Below are positions 62,621 through 64,000 of a stretch of DNA of 64,000 nt, one piece after another; within the stretch, counting starts at the first letter, position 1; each line of letters begins with the position of its first letter. This DNA comes from Oscillospiraceae bacterium (GTDB taxonomy: Bacteria > Bacillota > Clostridia > Oscillospirales > CAG-272), in assembly GCA_015064845.1 (NCBI GenBank), contig SVRL01000001.1:10346-74345 (forward strand). The letters are read 5' to 3'. Both the position numbers and the translations under genes were made by a program. Below the pieces are notes generated by a model that worked only from the letters and a program-made list of their open reading frames with translations, made no database searches and was not told the DNA's origin.

Positions 62621-63190
62621 ATGACGGAAAATATTGAAATACGAATGGCAAGTCCGGACGATGCGAAGGCATTGCTTGAAATTTATGCGCCGTATATTTT
62701 ACAAACGGGAATTACGTTTGAATATGAGGTTCCGAGCGAGGCGGTTTTTCGGAAACGGATCGAAACCGTGCTTGAAAAATATCCGTATCTCGTCGCCGTT
62801 GAGGAAGGGAAGCCCGTCGGTTACGCTTATGCGAAAGAGTTGGGTGAGAGAGCCGCTTTTTCCCGTTCCGTTGAAACGGTTATTTACCTTGGAAAAAATC
62901 GGAGAGGAAAAGGATTGGGTAGACTTCTTTACGGCGAATTGGAGCGCATATTGCGGCTCCAGAACGTTACAAATCTCTATGCCGCCGTTTCTTACCGGGA
63001 AAAGGAAGATGAAACCATTACGCACGCAAGTCCGCGATTCCATTTGTCGATGGGATATCAAAAGGCGGCGCATTTCAGCAAATGCGGTTATAAATTCGGC
63101 AGATGGTACGATATCGTCTGGTATGAAAAACATATTGCCGAACACGGAGAAGATCCGGCGGAATTTCTCCCCGTTGGGGTTCTTTTTTGA
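62621..63190 (+). CDS. GNAT N-acetyltransferase (phosphinothricin acetyltransferase-like)
   Basis: IYAPYI...ITFEYEVP, RGKGLG and GYKFGRWYD motifs. Confidence 0.88.
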   Translation: MTENIEIRMASPDDAKALLEIYAPYILQTGITFEYEVPSEAVFRKRIETVLEKYPYLVAVEEGKPVGYAYAKELGERAAFSRSVETVIYLGKNRRGKGLGRLLYGELERILRLQNVTNLYAAVSYREKEDETITHASPRFHLSMGYQKAAHFSKCGYKFGRWYDIVWYEKHIAEHGEDPAEFLPVGVLF

Positions 63191-63240
63191 GAACTGAACG
63201 AAATTATAACGAAAAACAAAGAAAAAGAGGAATATTGAAA

Positions 63241-64000
63241 ATGAGCATAATTCAGGATGAGAATCTTGCAAAAAGCGGTCACGAAAAGATCAATTGGGTA
63301 AAAAGTTATATGCCCGTGCTTTCCGCGATCGAAAAAGAATTTGAAAAAACGAAACCCTTTGCGGGAAAAAAGATTGCAATGTCCATTCATTTGGAAGCGA
63401 AGACCGCATATCTCGCAACGGTTCTGAAGGCGGGCGGCGCCGACGTTTATTCCACGGGCTGCAATCCGCTTTCTACGCAGGATGATGTGGCTGCGGCTCT
63501 TTGCGATTACGGCGTTAACGTATTTGCAATCCACGGCGCAGATGAAAAGACGTATACGGAACATTTGAAGGCTGCGCTTTCCTGCCACCCCGACGTTATG
63601 ATTGACGACGGAGGAGATTTTATTGAGTTGCTTCACGGAGATTGCAGAGAATTCGGGGATCACCTGATCGGAGGATGTGAAGAAACGACGACGGGGATTC
63701 ACAGACTTCGCATCCGTGAAGCGAAAGGTATGTTGGATTACACCATGATTGATATCAACGATGCGGACTGCAAGCATTTGTTTGATAACCGCTACGGTAC
63801 GGGACAATCCACGTTGGATGCGATCATGCACACTACCAATCTTGTGATTGCGGGAAAGAAAGCCGTTGTTGCCGGATACGGTTGGTGCGGAAAAGGAATT
63901 GCACGCCGTTTGGCAGGCATGGGTGCCGTTGTTTTCGTAACGGAAGTCAATCCCGTTCGTGCGTTGGAGGCGGTTATGGACGGTTTTACCGTGCTTCCCA
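63241..64000 (+). CDS. ahcY: Adenosylhomocysteinase, 3'-truncated by window edge (absent from the ORF track)
   Basis: Own translation gives MSIIQDENLA...SIHLEAKTAYL...CNPLSTQD...EETTTG...HLFDNRYGTGQS...GYGWCGKG. Confidence 0.95.
   Translation, partial: MSIIQDENLAKSGHEKINWVKSYMPVLSAIEKEFEKTKPFAGKKIAMSIHLEAKTAYLATVLKAGGADVYSTGCNPLSTQDDVAAALCDYGVNVFAIHGADEKTYTEHLKAALSCHPDVMIDDGGDFIELLHGDCREFGDHLIGGCEETTTGIHRLRIREAKGMLDYTMIDINDADCKHLFDNRYGTGQSTLDAIMHTTNLVIAGKKAVVAGYGWCGKGIARRLAGMGAVVFVTEVNPVRALEAVMDGFTVLP

Noticed and set aside
63191-63240. SAH or SAM riboswitch before ahcY
   Set aside because: The 50-bp A-rich spacer is too short and lacks the motifs.

Overview
Replication-origin region of a spore-forming low-GC Gram-positive (Clostridia-like) chromosome. 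On the minus strand run dnaA-oriC-dnaN-recF-(2 inserted genes)-remB-gyrB-gyrA-recA-recX-pepV, then pheST with a Phe T-box, a large SLH/S-layer gene, a GldA/F/G-like ABC operon, mutS2, L-rhamnose catabolic genes and prs. On the plus strand lie yqfC-yqfD-phoH-ybeY-era-recO, rny, and ymdB-GNAT-ahcY beyond the origin. Two AT-rich cell-surface cassettes are present (ECF sigma/DUF4367 plus secreted proteins; BspA-like LRR lipoprotein plus XRE regulator). The most striking unexplained signal is a ~100-bp structured intergenic element in five copies (13579, 15215, 38864, 61601, 61706). It shows compensatory base changes, a possible terminator/antiterminator switch, and an orientation that flips at oriC. 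Also seen: a 15-bp inverted-repeat pair bracketing one secreted-protein gene, a 94-bp MITE-like element, WalR-type boxes upstream of four envelope genes, and atypical gene order around oriC. All product calls come from reading motifs by eye; no database search was run.
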